A stretch of DNA of 64,000 bases from an uncultured delta proteobacterium (GCA_963768765.1 CAVYJK010000033.1:329-64328), one strand, 5' to 3'; positions 29,216 to 38,852 are shown, numbered from the stretch's first letter. The notes: generated by a model from the letters alone, not told the origin. Program-made: numbers and translations.

Positions 29216-30298
29216 ATGCGGCGGAAGATTGAGGATTTTCATGATGGGGCCAAGGACGGGTTGACCCCGCTGGCGCCGTTGGACATCAATGGCATCCAGG
29301 ATTTTGACGAGTTGCTGGCGGCCATGAGCCGCACCGCCTTTGGGGGCCGCAGCCTGGGGGAGGCCGCGGAGGTCCTCACCGCCATGGTTGAGGATAAGGA
29401 GTGCACCGTGGTGGGCACCTTTTCCGGGGCCATGAGCGTGGCCAAGATGGGTCTGCTCATCTGCGAGATGATCGACCGGGGCTGGCTGAAGGTGGTCATC
29501 AGCACCGGGGCCCTCATCGCCCACGGGTTCATCGAGACCCTGGGCCGGGTCCATTACAAGTATCCGGAAAACGTCCCGGACCGGGAGCTTTTTTGTAAGG
29601 GGTACAACCGCATCTACGACACCCTGGAGATGGAAGCCAACCTGGACTATGCCGAAGACGTGTTCCGCAGCGTTCTGGAGAGGCTGAACCAGGACCAGAC
29701 GTGGTCGTCCGTCAGCCTCTGCCGGGAGCTGGGGCGGTACCTGGCGGAGCACACGGAGAGCCCGGGAATTTTGCGCAATGCCTACCTCAAGGGGGTGCCG
29801 GTGTTCATCCCGGCCTTCACCGACTCGGAGCTGGGCCTGGACCTGGCGGGCCACATGGTGCGCCGGGGTCTGGCCGCGGGGCAAAAGTTTGCCGACGCCT
29901 TGGGGGCGGTTTCTTTTAAGTTCAATCCCTTCCTGGACTTGGGGGAGTATGCTCAGAGGGCGCTCCAGGCCCGGAAACTGGGGATCTTCACGGTAGGCGG
30001 CGGAGTGCCCCGGAATTGGGCTCAGCAGGTGGCGCCGTATTTGGACCTGCTGCAAACCCGGCTGGGGCTGGACCTGCCGGAGGCCCGGTTCCATTACGGG
30101 GTGCGAATCTGCCCGGAACCGGCCCATTGGGGTGGGCTGAGCGGCTGCACTTTCCGGGAGGGGGTCTCCTGGGGCAAATTTGTGGCTCCCGAGGACGGCG
30201 GCCGGTTCGCCGAGGTCCTGTGCGACGCCACCATTGCCTGGCCCATTCTCCTCAAGGGAGTGATTCAGCGCCTGGAAAAAGCTCAGAAGCGCCGGTGA
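29216..30298 (+). CDS. Deoxyhypusine synthase-like protein (probable homospermidine synthase)
   Basis: ISTGA..HG, NRIYD, PAFTDSE, GGGVPRN, GGLSGCT.REGVSWGK (catalytic Lys). Confidence 0.9.
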   Translation: MRRKIEDFHDGAKDGLTPLAPLDINGIQDFDELLAAMSRTAFGGRSLGEAAEVLTAMVEDKECTVVGTFSGAMSVAKMGLLICEMIDRGWLKVVISTGALIAHGFIETLGRVHYKYPENVPDRELFCKGYNRIYDTLEMEANLDYAEDVFRSVLERLNQDQTWSSVSLCRELGRYLAEHTESPGILRNAYLKGVPVFIPAFTDSELGLDLAGHMVRRGLAAGQKFADALGAVSFKFNPFLDLGEYAQRALQARKLGIFTVGGGVPRNWAQQVAPYLDLLQTRLGLDLPEARFHYGVRICPEPAHWGGLSGCTFREGVSWGKFVAPEDGGRFAEVLCDATIAWPILLKGVIQRLEKAQKRR

Positions 30299-30317
30299 GC
30301 CGGGGTGGTTTGAGGTT

Positions 30318-30443
30318 TCAGGAAGATACCGAACTCAGAACGGCAACGCCCACCATCACCACAAAGCCGATGACTGCCAGCAACATGGTATAACGCAAGG
30401 CATTGGTTCCGATATCGTCCCGGAATAATTCTTTTACCTTCAT
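30318..30443 (-). CDS. Degenerate Flp/type IVb pilin-like peptide
   Basis: MKVKELFRDDIG|TNALRYTMLLAVIGFVVMVGV; Flp-like FxxDxxG prepilin site but E+5 replaced by R, and short. Confidence 0.4.
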   Translation of the reverse strand: MKVKELFRDDIGTNALRYTMLLAVIGFVVMVGVAVLSSVSS

Positions 30444-30643
30444 AACTCGCCCCTGATCTCCGTCTTTACCTGCTCCAACGGGCTGGTTCAAGGCGCCAGC
30501 CGGATGCCGAAGTCTGGTTAATCTGATTGGAGCATTTTTAAGTTGAGATAAATATGCTTCAGATGCCTGCATGGGTAAATCAGGGAATCCCTGATTTTGA
30601 CCTTCCAGTTCTCTAAATTTTGGGGGGGGGGGGAGGGGGACTT

Positions 30644-31325
30644 TTAAAAGTCAGGCTTCTTTTCGGGAGGATTTTCTTTGGCGGAAGGCTGTGGGGCGGA
30701 GCAACCGCAGGCGGCGCAACTGCACAAGCGCTCTTCCTTCAAGGTATGGTAGCCCTCCCGGGACAGCAGGGCCACGATGACCAGGCCGATGACGGGGTCC
30801 GCCTGCCAGACGCCGTAGAGGTAGTTGAGCCCCAACCCGATGAGCAGGGCCACGGACAGCATGGCGCAGGCCAGGGTCTGCTTGGAGTCGGCCATGAGGG
30901 ATGCGCTGCCCATGGCTTCGCCGGTGCGGTACTTGAGGTAGAACAGGACCGGCATGATGATGATGGACGCGCCCGCGATCACGATGCCCAAAAGGCTGGG
31001 GGCGGGGATTTCCCGGAAGATCAGCTTGTTAAGGGATTCGTACAGGATATAGGCTGCCAGGACAAAGAAGGTGTAGCCCACGATCTTGACGGCCCGGCGC
31101 TCCAGGCGTTCCACTTCCTCCGGGGACAGACGGTGGTGCCGGGCGAAGCGCCAGATCATCACCCCGCCGGACAGGGACTCCACGAAGCTGTCCAGGCCGA
31201 AAGCCCACCAACGCAATGCTGCCGGCCCAGGAACCGGCCAGGACGGCAATCAGGCCCTCCAGGATATTGTAGCCCACGGTGAAGTAGGACAGGCGCAGGG
31301 CCTTCTTTTGCAGGGAAGGCTTCAT
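30644..31325 (-). CDS. Cation-efflux (CDF-like TM domain only) transporter; frameshift near 31205
   Basis: YNILEGLIAV..GSIAL | FGLDSFVESLSG, SLMADSKQT, WQADP; C-terminal CSCAACGC tail. Confidence 0.82.
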
Positions 31326-31505
31326 TAGTATAGTGCCTTGATGGTAACCATTGGTTGGCAAATCCATCTTTAGTTTACCAGATACACGCCAAGAACCAAG
31401 GCCCGCTCCAGACCGCGTCGCCAAAAAGCAGGGGCGGGTTTAAACCCGCCCCTACGTCGGGAAAACGTTGGTCAGCATGTAGGGTGGGCATGGCCCACCA
31501 TACTT

Positions 31506-32264
31506 CTAATCCGTCTGGGGATGAATAAACGCCTTGAGGCGACGGAAATACTCCTGGCCCCCCACCAGGTAGGTATCGTTGTGATGGGACCCGGGAATGA
31601 TATAGAGCTCCTTGGGCTCCTGGGCCTGGGCATAGAGCCGCCGCCCCATCTCCACCGGGATGATTTCGTCTTCGGTGCCGTGGATGATGAGCACCGGTAC
31701 CTTGATTTGATGGATCTTGCCGAGATTGTCGTAGGGGACCCGGGGGCGCCAGTCGAACAGGAAGGGCGCGAAGAGCCGGGCCATGTCCGAGGAGTTGGTG
31801 AAGGCCGACTCGATGATCAGGGAGCGGCAGGGGAACTTGACCGCCAGGTCCACGGCCAGGGCGCTGCCCAGGGAGCGGCCGAAGAGAATGATCTCCCGGC
31901 TGGGGACCCTCCTGGTTTCGGCCACGTAACGGTAGGCCGCGGCCGAGTCTTTATAAGTCCCTTCCCGGCTGATGCGACCCTGGGATTTGCCGTACTCCCG
32001 GTAATCGAAGATAAAGACCTGGACTCCCGCCAAGTCGTGGAGGAGCTTGATATTTTCCAGGCGGTGGCTGATGTTGCCGGCATTGCCGTGGAACCAGAGG
32101 AGGACCGGGGCCCCGGGCTGGGGCACCCACCAGCCGTGGAGTTTGACGCCATCCTCGGCGGCAAACCAGATGTCTTCATACTCCAGGCCGAAATCCGCCG
32201 GGGTACCGATGAGCACCGGGTCCGGAAAGAAGACGATGCCTTTTTCGGAATATTCCAGGATCAT
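31506..32264 (-). CDS. Alpha/beta hydrolase (ABHD17/BEM46-like)
   Basis: FHGNAGN, DYREYG, GRSLGS, HGTEDE, HHND. Confidence 0.9.
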   Translation of the reverse strand: MILEYSEKGIVFFPDPVLIGTPADFGLEYEDIWFAAEDGVKLHGWWVPQPGAPVLLWFHGNAGNISHRLENIKLLHDLAGVQVFIFDYREYGKSQGRISREGTYKDSAAAYRYVAETRRVPSREIILFGRSLGSALAVDLAVKFPCRSLIIESAFTNSSDMARLFAPFLFDWRPRVPYDNLGKIHQIKVPVLIIHGTEDEIIPVEMGRRLYAQAQEPKELYIIPGSHHNDTYLVGGQEYFRRLKAFIHPQTD

Positions 32265-32280
32265 GACCTAACTATTCTAA

Positions 32281-32390
32281 ACCACAGAGACACAGAAGAC
32301 CCAGAGAATTACCCAAGAAAATATTTTTGTTACCCGGCGCGCGCGCCGAGGTAACGAAAATTTCTCTGTGGTCTCTGTGCCTCTGTGGTG
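32281..32390. repeat. Inverted nonamer-type arrays (CACAGAG/CTCTGTG) enclosing a hairpin
   Basis: accacagagacacagaagacccagag ... ctctgtggtctctgtgcctctgtggt; related element at 43231-43296. Confidence 0.7.
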
Positions 32391-32394
32391 AATT

Positions 32395-33363
32395 TTACCG
32401 GGCAAAGAACCCGATGATATAGCGCAGGGCCAGGCTGGAAATAATGATCCCCAGGCCGATGCGGATGACTTGGCCGGAAAAAAACTTCTGGATACGGGCC
32501 CCGATGTACATGCCGCAGAAACCGCCGACCCCGAAAAGCACCCCCAGGAGCCAATCCGGGGCCACCCCTCCCACGTTGGGGTAAAACGGGGCCATCACGG
32601 AGTAGATCCCCACCCCGGCGACGGAGGTAAGGAAGGTGCCCATGAGGGCGGCGCCGGCGATGGTGTAGATGGGCAACTCGAAGATGGCGGCCAGGAAGGG
32701 GGCGATGATGGCGCCGCCGCCGATGCCGTAAGTGCCGCCAATCAACCCCACCGCCAGGGCCAGGATGAATAGAGCCGGGGCATTGAAGGTGAAGGTCTCT
32801 CCCAGGAATTCGTAAGACACCTGCCGGAGGCTCCAACTCACGGTCTTGACCCGGGCTGCCGGGGGAAGGCCCCGGCCGGTGGTCTGGCCGGATTCCTGCA
32901 AAACTTTTTTCAGGCGCTCCTGGACCCGGGCTTCAAACTCCAGGATTTTGCCCTTCTTCCGTTTGGCATAAGGGGTTTGCTCATAGAGCAGACGCAACCC
33001 GATGTAGAGCAGCACGCAGCCCACGAAGAGCTTGAAGTTTTTGGGGTCCAGCATCCAGTTGACCCGGATGAGGGCCCCGAACAGAAGGCCGGGGAGGGTG
33101 CCCAGGATGACCACCCAGGTCAACGGCCAGTTCATGCGGCCCTCCCGGATGAAGCGGTAGACGCCGCTGGGGATGGCCACGATGTTGAATACCAGGTTGG
33201 TGGGGCTGACCGCCGGACTGGTGAAATTGAGAACGCTCACCTGGAACGGCAGCAGCAGAAAGGCCCCGGAGACCCCGCCCATGGAGGTGAAGGTGGAAAC
33301 CACCAGGGCAATGAGGGGCGGAATGAGCGGGTTGACCTCCACGCCGGATACGGGAAAGAACAT
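32395..33363 (-). CDS. TSUP (TauE/SafE) permease
   Basis: SMGGVSGAFLLLP, YGIGGGAIIAP, ~8 TM; SD GGAGG. Confidence 0.9.
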   Translation of the reverse strand: MFFPVSGVEVNPLIPPLIALVVSTFTSMGGVSGAFLLLPFQVSVLNFTSPAVSPTNLVFNIVAIPSGVYRFIREGRMNWPLTWVVILGTLPGLLFGALIRVNWMLDPKNFKLFVGCVLLYIGLRLLYEQTPYAKRKKGKILEFEARVQERLKKVLQESGQTTGRGLPPAARVKTVSWSLRQVSYEFLGETFTFNAPALFILALAVGLIGGTYGIGGGAIIAPFLAAIFELPIYTIAGAALMGTFLTSVAGVGIYSVMAPFYPNVGGVAPDWLLGVLFGVGGFCGMYIGARIQKFFSGQVIRIGLGIIISSLALRYIIGFFAR

Positions 33364-33392
33364 CCTCCACCTCTCTTGTTAATTTTTTCACA

Positions 33393-33422
33393 ATTCTAAG
33401 AATAAAAGATAGCGCCTGTCAA
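33393..33422 (-). promoter_or_regulatory. sigma70 promoter for the TSUP gene
   Basis: TTGACA-N18-TAGAAT on the minus strand. Confidence 0.7.
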
Positions 33423-33625
33423 CCTTTTAAAAGTGAGATTAAAGAAATCTGGTGGATAGCTCTCCCCGGGTTGCTGCGCCAGGCTGCCGGGGCAAAGTCC
33501 GGTGGCGGCTGAGGCCAAAATATTGAACCAATATAATCCTTTAATTTAAGCTGGTTACTCTTTGCCCCTGGGTTCCGGTCAAAGAAATGCGACCAGGGAA
33601 GATTCAAAGAAGGAGATGTTTTGGA

Positions 33626-33683
33626 TAACTATCTGATATTGCGAATAAAAAATATCATCGATAATTTGGCACACATTCTGCAT
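33626..33683 (+). promoter_or_regulatory. sigma54 promoter with upstream IHF site
   Basis: TTGGCACACATTCTGCAT (GG 33668-69, GC 33680-81); IHF-like TATCAGATAGTTA on the minus strand at 33626-33638. Confidence 0.75.
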
Positions 33684-33692
33684 TTTAATAGA

Positions 33693-33796
33693 TGAAGATA
33701 CGAACCGATTAAGGTTACCCCCATCCCCCCCTTAATGAAAGTTCGTATGCCATTTCTCCTTTCGATGGCCGGGTTCCCCCCCCGGCCATTTTTTTC
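33693..33796 (+). ncRNA. Candidate sigma54-dependent small RNA (~105 nt)
   Basis: Starts ~12 nt after the -12 box; stems ATACGAAC/GTTCGTAT and ATTAAGG/CCTTAAT with a C-rich loop; TTCTCCTTT linker; intrinsic terminator; no ORF with an RBS. Confidence 0.6.
33765..33796 (+). terminator. Rho-independent terminator
   Basis: ATGGCCGGG-loop-CCCGGCCAT followed by a T-tract. Confidence 0.85.
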
Positions 33797-33844
33797 ACCC
33801 GGAATCTGGTTGACTTATGGCAATTAAGTTGTATATATAAAAAT

Positions 33845-34207
33845 ATGGCCCGGTTGGAGAAACATCTCCTTCTCAAGTGGGCAGTGCTTTTCTGCTCCTT
33901 GCTCTTGCCCCTGGTCCCCCTGGCGGTCGTGCAGGCGGCTCAGCCAGGCCCCTCGCACTGCGGCATGGCGGCATGCCCTTGCACCTGTTGCCAGCCTACC
34001 GGGCCCCAATGTCAACATTCCGGCTCCTCCTCCTCCTCCTCCTCTTCCTGCGCCTGCCCGGTCTTGCCGGGCCTTCTCGCCATCGCGCCGGGCGTGCCAA
34101 CCGGGCTGGAAGCTCCCTTCGCGCCGGTTATATTCAATCCGGCATTGGATCCAATCATTCTTGGCATCTTCCACCCGCCTGAAAACCATCTGCCTCATTC
34201 TATCTAA
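33845..34207 (+). CDS. Cys-rich secreted leader-type ORF ending in IFHPP (DUF2946/CruR-like architecture)
   Basis: Hydrophobic N-region, HCGMAACPCTCC..C..CACP, poly-Ser linker, C-terminal IFHPP; TTGACT -35 at 33810 and AT-rich -10 put the TSS near the ATG. Confidence 0.6.
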   Translation: MARLEKHLLLKWAVLFCSLLLPLVPLAVVQAAQPGPSHCGMAACPCTCCQPTGPQCQHSGSSSSSSSSCACPVLPGLLAIAPGVPTGLEAPFAPVIFNPALDPIILGIFHPPENHLPHSI

Positions 34208-34382
34208 CCCTTAGTCGCAAGATCTTTGGTGAACTTCGTCTAACTTCCGGCTGGCCGGAGAGGCCTCAGGCCTGCTTCTGGTCTGCCCGAACAGCCTCTC
34301 CCGGTTTTGGCAGAGGCGGAAAGGGGGCGGTGGGCCCTGGGCCCGCCCTCCATGAACAGCTATCTTAAAGGAGAGCAAAAGA

Positions 34383-34748
34383 ATGTCTAAAAATAGCAGA
34401 TGGGCAGTTTGCCTGGCCCTGGGCCTGGCGCTGATTTTCTCCGTGAGTCTGCCCCTGGGAGCGCAAGCCCAAATGGGCGGCCGCATGGGCTCTGGAAGCA
34501 CCGTGCAGAGTAATATGGGGGGAGGAACCCCCATGGGTAATGCCGCCATGCAGGGGGTTAACGCGGGTTCTCAAACCATGACCCCCGGTGCGGGCATGGG
34601 TTATCAATTAAATGGTAACATGGGCGGCAGCATGGGTTCCGGCAGCCCGGGCAGCATGAGCTCCGGGGTCATGGGCTCCGGGGTCATGGGCGCCATTGGG
34701 ACCGGCGGCGCCATGGGGAGCCACTCCATGGGAGCCAGGACTCGCTGA
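34383..34748 (+). CDS. Secreted Met/Gly-rich low-complexity protein 1
   Basis: SD AAAGGAG, signal peptide ending AQA, 14 Met in the 92-aa mature part. Confidence 0.75.
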   Translation: MSKNSRWAVCLALGLALIFSVSLPLGAQAQMGGRMGSGSTVQSNMGGGTPMGNAAMQGVNAGSQTMTPGAGMGYQLNGNMGGSMGSGSPGSMSSGVMGSGVMGAIGTGGAMGSHSMGARTR

Positions 34749-34874
34749 GACACACTGATATAATTTAATCGTCTTGGGCCCGGCTCCTTTAGCGCCGGGC
34801 CCGGGACTTGAGGGAAGATTAGGGGACAAGATCCCTGGTTGACCCAGCCAAAAAGAACTAGTGGAAGATATCTT

Positions 34875-35045
34875 ATGGCAAGATGCAAATGGTTGACCCT
34901 TTGCCTGGCCTTCATCATGGCGGCTGCCCTGGGGGCAAGTTTGCCCGGCGGCGCCCAGGCCATGATGGTGGCCGGCATGGGCGTAGGCGCCATGGGAGGC
35001 GGCATGCAGGGGAACCCTTTCCTGACAAGGAGAACGATACAATGA
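34875..35045 (+). CDS. Short secreted Met/Gly-rich paralogue 2
   Basis: Signal peptide similar to protein 1 (W..CLA...SLP.GAQA); MMVAGMGVGAMGGGMQG; ATGA overlap with the next gene. Confidence 0.55.
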   Translation: MARCKWLTLCLAFIMAAALGASLPGGAQAMMVAGMGVGAMGGGMQGNPFLTRRTIQ

Positions 35046-35395
35046 AAAAATCAATTCGGGCAATCTGCCTGTCATTGATAGTGGCGGTGGCCATGGCCTG
35101 GATTTTTATCGGGCTGGCGCAAGCCCAGTGCGGCGGGTCCATGGACCATAACTCCATGGGACCCTCGGGGTCCATGGGGCAATTGCAGATGGGTCATGGC
35201 AACATGGATTCCATGAGCCAGGGCCAACCCATGGGCGCGGGCAACATGGGCCCGAGCCAGATGGGCGCCGGCCAGATGGGGCCCGGGGGCATGGGCGCAG
35301 CCGGCATGGGGCCGGGCAATCCGCAAGCCGGCAATAATGCCGGCTCCGGAGGTTCCTCCTCCGGTCACGCCGGCCACGTGAATCCGCAACAGTAA
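35042..35395 (+). CDS. Secreted Met/Gly/His-rich protein 3 with MGxxx pentapeptide repeats
   Basis: SD AAGGAG; signal ending AQA; MGAGN MGPSQ MGAGQ MGPGG MGAAG MGPGN; C-terminal GHAGH. Confidence 0.75.
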   Translation: MKKSIRAICLSLIVAVAMAWIFIGLAQAQCGGSMDHNSMGPSGSMGQLQMGHGNMDSMSQGQPMGAGNMGPSQMGAGQMGPGGMGAAGMGPGNPQAGNNAGSGGSSSGHAGHVNPQQ

Positions 35396-35492
35396 AGGCA
35401 TAATCAGCAATGGTGGGGGAGGCCTCCGGGCTTCCCCCACCAAGGGTTGGTAACTTATATGATCGGGGGAGCAGCGATCCCCCGAAATAGTA

Positions 35493-35528
35493 AAAGCCGG
35501 GCAGGAATCTTCCTTGCCCGGCTTTTTG
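35493..35528. terminator. Bidirectional intrinsic terminator
   Basis: AAAAGCCGGGCAGG..CCTTGCCCGGCTTTTT between convergent operons. Confidence 0.8.
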
Positions 35529-35556
35529 CTGGCCTAGTGGTTGGTATCGATCAGAC

Positions 35557-38191
35557 CTACTCCCAGGAGTCCTCCACCTGGGTGAGGACCGCCAGTTTGA
35601 CGGCCTGGACCTTGCGATAGACCTGGTCCGGATGCCGCAAGTGCCCTTCCACCGTGAGCAGGTCCTTCTTTATGGAGATGCCGAAGAGGCGTTCGTTCTC
35701 CTGCAGATAAGGCAGGATGAGGTTCCAGTCCGCCGCGGTCAGGGGTACGATCTCGCCGCCGTTCAACTGCTCCTCCACCACCTGCTGGTAGGGGTCCCGG
35801 ATGTAGAGGGCGCCGCCGGAGGCCAGGGAGAAGAGGTTGGAGCCGGGGTAAGGAGTGCTCTGGGGCTTGAGGCGCCCCCGGGAATCGAACTCCAGCCCGT
35901 TGACGATGATGAAGCCGCCACCCTTCAGGGGATTGCCGGCCATGAAGGACTCGGCCAGGAAGTCCAGGGCGGTGCCGTTGATGACGGCCCGGGGCCGGCC
36001 CACCGCGTTGATGAAGGGCCGCCCGGCGGCGTTCCCCAGGATGAAGACCTCGCCCCCCTTGGCGCCGTACATGAAGGTCTGGCCCACGTCGCCGTGGACT
36101 ACCAGTTTGCCCCGCTTCATGATCTGGCCCAACTGGTCCTGGGCGTTGCCGTGGATGTAAAGAGACATGCCGTCGATGCCGGAGGCCAGGTAGTCCCCGG
36201 TGCTGCCGTAAGCGTCGAGGCGCACCTCGTCGGTGTCGGGGCCGAAGCCGCAACCCAAAAAGCGCTGTCCCTTGTAGCCGTAAGTGATGAATTGCTTCCA
36301 GCCCAGGGTGTAGGCCTGGCACAAGAACCGGGCGTCGCAGTCTTCCCCTTCCGGGGGAAAGCCGGCGGCGTCCACTACCAGGACCGCGTCGGGTCGGGGC
36401 GGCGCCGCCAGGTGGTCCCGGGTCTCCCAATCCACAAAGCGGTAGCGGCTGGGATTGGCAGTCCCCACTTTGGGGGTGTCCTGGAAGATGTGGCTGAGGG
36501 CATCCAGGATCAGCCGGATCAGGTGGCTGCGCTTCTTGTCTCCCGGGTCGTAGCGCCGGTCCAGGAGAAGCGTCAGGCCGCTGATGGCCGCGGCCTTGGG
36601 GCCGTCGCCCTGCCGGGCCTGGGCCGCGGTGACTTCCAGGACTTCCCGGAAGTTGGCGTAGGACCAGGAAGGGACCCGGCCCCGGACCCACTGGTAGAGA
36701 TTCTGGCCGCTCGACGTCCGTAAGGTTTGCCTTGACCTGGCTGGAGACTTCCGAGTCTTCCTCCAGCCTGACCTCCAGCACGGTGCCGTCCCAGGGCCGC
36801 TGATACCAGGGGACGGTCTTGACCTTGCCGAATTTGTCGTGGCAGGAAAGAGAGCGGCCGCCGTTTTTGGACTCCAGGGAGAAGATGAAGGCGCCGCCGT
36901 CGGTGGCGCTGCCGCCCCGGGCGTTCCAGTAGAGGTCGGCCACCGGGCAGAAGCGGCTGTCTTCGGCGGAAAGGCTAGCCAGGGTGGCGTCGATGGCTTG
37001 CTTCTCCGAGCAGATGAGGCCGATCTGCACTTCGCCTTCGGAGAGGGCGAAGACCTGGGGGCGCAGCATGGAGGTGTCGGTGATGCCGATGAGGTCGAAG
37101 CGGTCGCGGTCCGGGTCGGTCCGGGCGATGATGAAGAACCAGGGCCCGTCCGGAGAGCCGTGGATGTTGGTGGCCTGGAGATGCCGGTAAATCCGCTGGC
37201 GCTCCGGGGAGAGCAGGTCGAAGTCCCGCTCCGTGGTGGGGGCCATGGATTCGATGACGTACTCCAGGGGGTAGCCGTAGAGCCGGTGCCACAGGTCGAA
37301 GGTGAGGACCGCCACCTCGGTATCCGTGAGGAACTGCGGGTAGAAGTGGCGCTGGCTCAAATATTCGCTCACCGAAAAGTAATTGGCGAAGTCGCCGTTG
37401 TGCACCAGGGCGGTGTTCAGGGCCGCAAAGGGATGGGCCCCGCCGGGGTGCCACACCCGCCCCCGGGTGGGGTAGCGCTGGTGGGCGATCCAGACGTGGG
37501 CCTTAAAGTCCAGCAACTGGTAATAAAGGGCCGCTTCCTCGGCGTAGCCCACGATCTTGATGATCATTATGTTGCGTCCCTGGGACAGGACAAAGGCCTT
37601 CTTTTCCCCCAGGGAGGCGTAATAGGCTTCATTGAGTTTGTAGCAGTTCTGGGCCACAAACTCGTCTTCCACCTTGCGCCAGGGCACGTCGTAGAGTTTG
37701 TGGCGCTGAATGAAGTACTGCAGGACCTCGGGCTTCACCCGGACGAAGTACTGCCAGACATCCGGGGGCTTCACCACCAGGCCGGGCAGGTCCTGCCAGT
37801 TGTCGATGGTGGGCTGGCGCCGGGCGTGGTCCACCCGGAAGACGTTGGTGATGAACTGGGCCTCCACCTGGGAGCGGGCCTCGGTGTCCAGGTAGGCGAT
37901 CTGGATCAGGTAGTCCTGGTCCAGGATTTCCTGGGAGACCCCCAGGGATTCGGGGACCAGGCCCACCGCGGCGATGCCACCGCCCTTGCCGTTGCCCCGG
38001 TTGTGCATCTGAATGGAGGGGGAGACGATGTGGCGGCCGGCCACCGGCACGTTGGCCGCAAACCCGGTGACCCCGCAGCCTCCTTCCTCTTCGGCCTTGA
38101 GGACGCGGTCCGCCCCATAGGGAGAGGTGAACTCCCGGCGGGTGTCCAGCAACCGGAGGCCCGGGTGGGTAAGATTATTGGTATTTTCCAT
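35557..38191 (-). CDS. Glutamate synthase GltB1 (Ntn amidotransferase) fused to GltB3 (GXGXG domain); frameshift near 36710
   Basis: Propeptide then CGVTG nucleophile, AHQRYPT, HPF, VHNGD, DGPW; C-terminal GQRFLG, GDYLASG, GNAQDQ, SLASGG. Confidence 0.85.
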
Positions 38192-38206
38192 AAGATTCAC
38201 CGAGAT

Positions 38207-38241
38207 AGTTCAAAGTTCAAAGTTCAAAGTTCAAAGTTCAA
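38207..38241 (+). repeat. Heptamer tandem array A, (AGTTCAA)5
   Basis: Five perfect units. Confidence 0.95.
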
Positions 38242-38251
38242 GGAAAAAAAT

Positions 38252-38641
38252 TCAGTTAAATTTGCTGCCCTTTTTATCAGAGGCTTTCAAATATCGCAGA
38301 AAACCAGCGAGCAAGCGGGAGGCCTCGTCGGCCATTGCCATAAGCTGCTGAACCTGTTCCGATGACGTCAGGCCGGCATCCAAGGCGACATATAGCAACG
38401 CCTTTACTTCGCCCACCGAACCTTTGGCCGTGGCCAGGAATTGTCGGAATTCCTTGTTGCCTTCGCGCTCAAAACCTTCAGCAATGTTAGCCATGACAGA
38501 CACTGAGGCCCGGCGCAGCTGGTCCCTCAGGGAAAAATCCGCGGCAATTTTCCCCTGGGAGGTGACTTCATAAATAATTTTGGTAAGTTCCCGAGCTTTT
38601 TTCCATGCTTCAATATCCTCAAAGCGCTCGATTTTAGCCAT
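38252..38641 (-). CDS. Four-helix-bundle protein (23S rRNA IVS-protein / bAvd-like family)
   Basis: FEDIEAWKKA, LRDQLRRASVSVMANIAEGFER, FLATAKGSVGE. Confidence 0.92.
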   Translation of the reverse strand: MAKIERFEDIEAWKKARELTKIIYEVTSQGKIAADFSLRDQLRRASVSVMANIAEGFEREGNKEFRQFLATAKGSVGEVKALLYVALDAGLTSSEQVQQLMAMADEASRLLAGFLRYLKASDKKGSKFN

Positions 38642-38649
38642 GTTCTTAA

Positions 38650-38698
38650 AGTTCAAGGTTCAAAGTTCAAAGTTCAAGGTTCAAGGTTCAAGGTTCAA
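38650..38698 (+). repeat. Heptamer tandem array B, (RGTTCAA)7
   Basis: Seven units, ending 8 nt before the four-helix-bundle start codon. Confidence 0.95.
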
Positions 38699-38852
38699 AA
38701 GTAAGTTTTATTTTCCAAGTCAAACCATTCGCAAAATTCCGTTATCAGTACCGTTAATTCCTATAAATGGATTTAACAAAACATTATTGCCCTGCGGAAA
38801 GAATAATACCATTTCGCTTTTCTTTAATGCTCGATTGCATCTTCCCTTAACT

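Noticed and set aside
38784..38840. Mini-ORF MQSSIKEKRNGIILSAGQ resembling a nucleotidyltransferase N-terminus
   Set aside because: Only 18 codons with no continuation in any frame; could be chance
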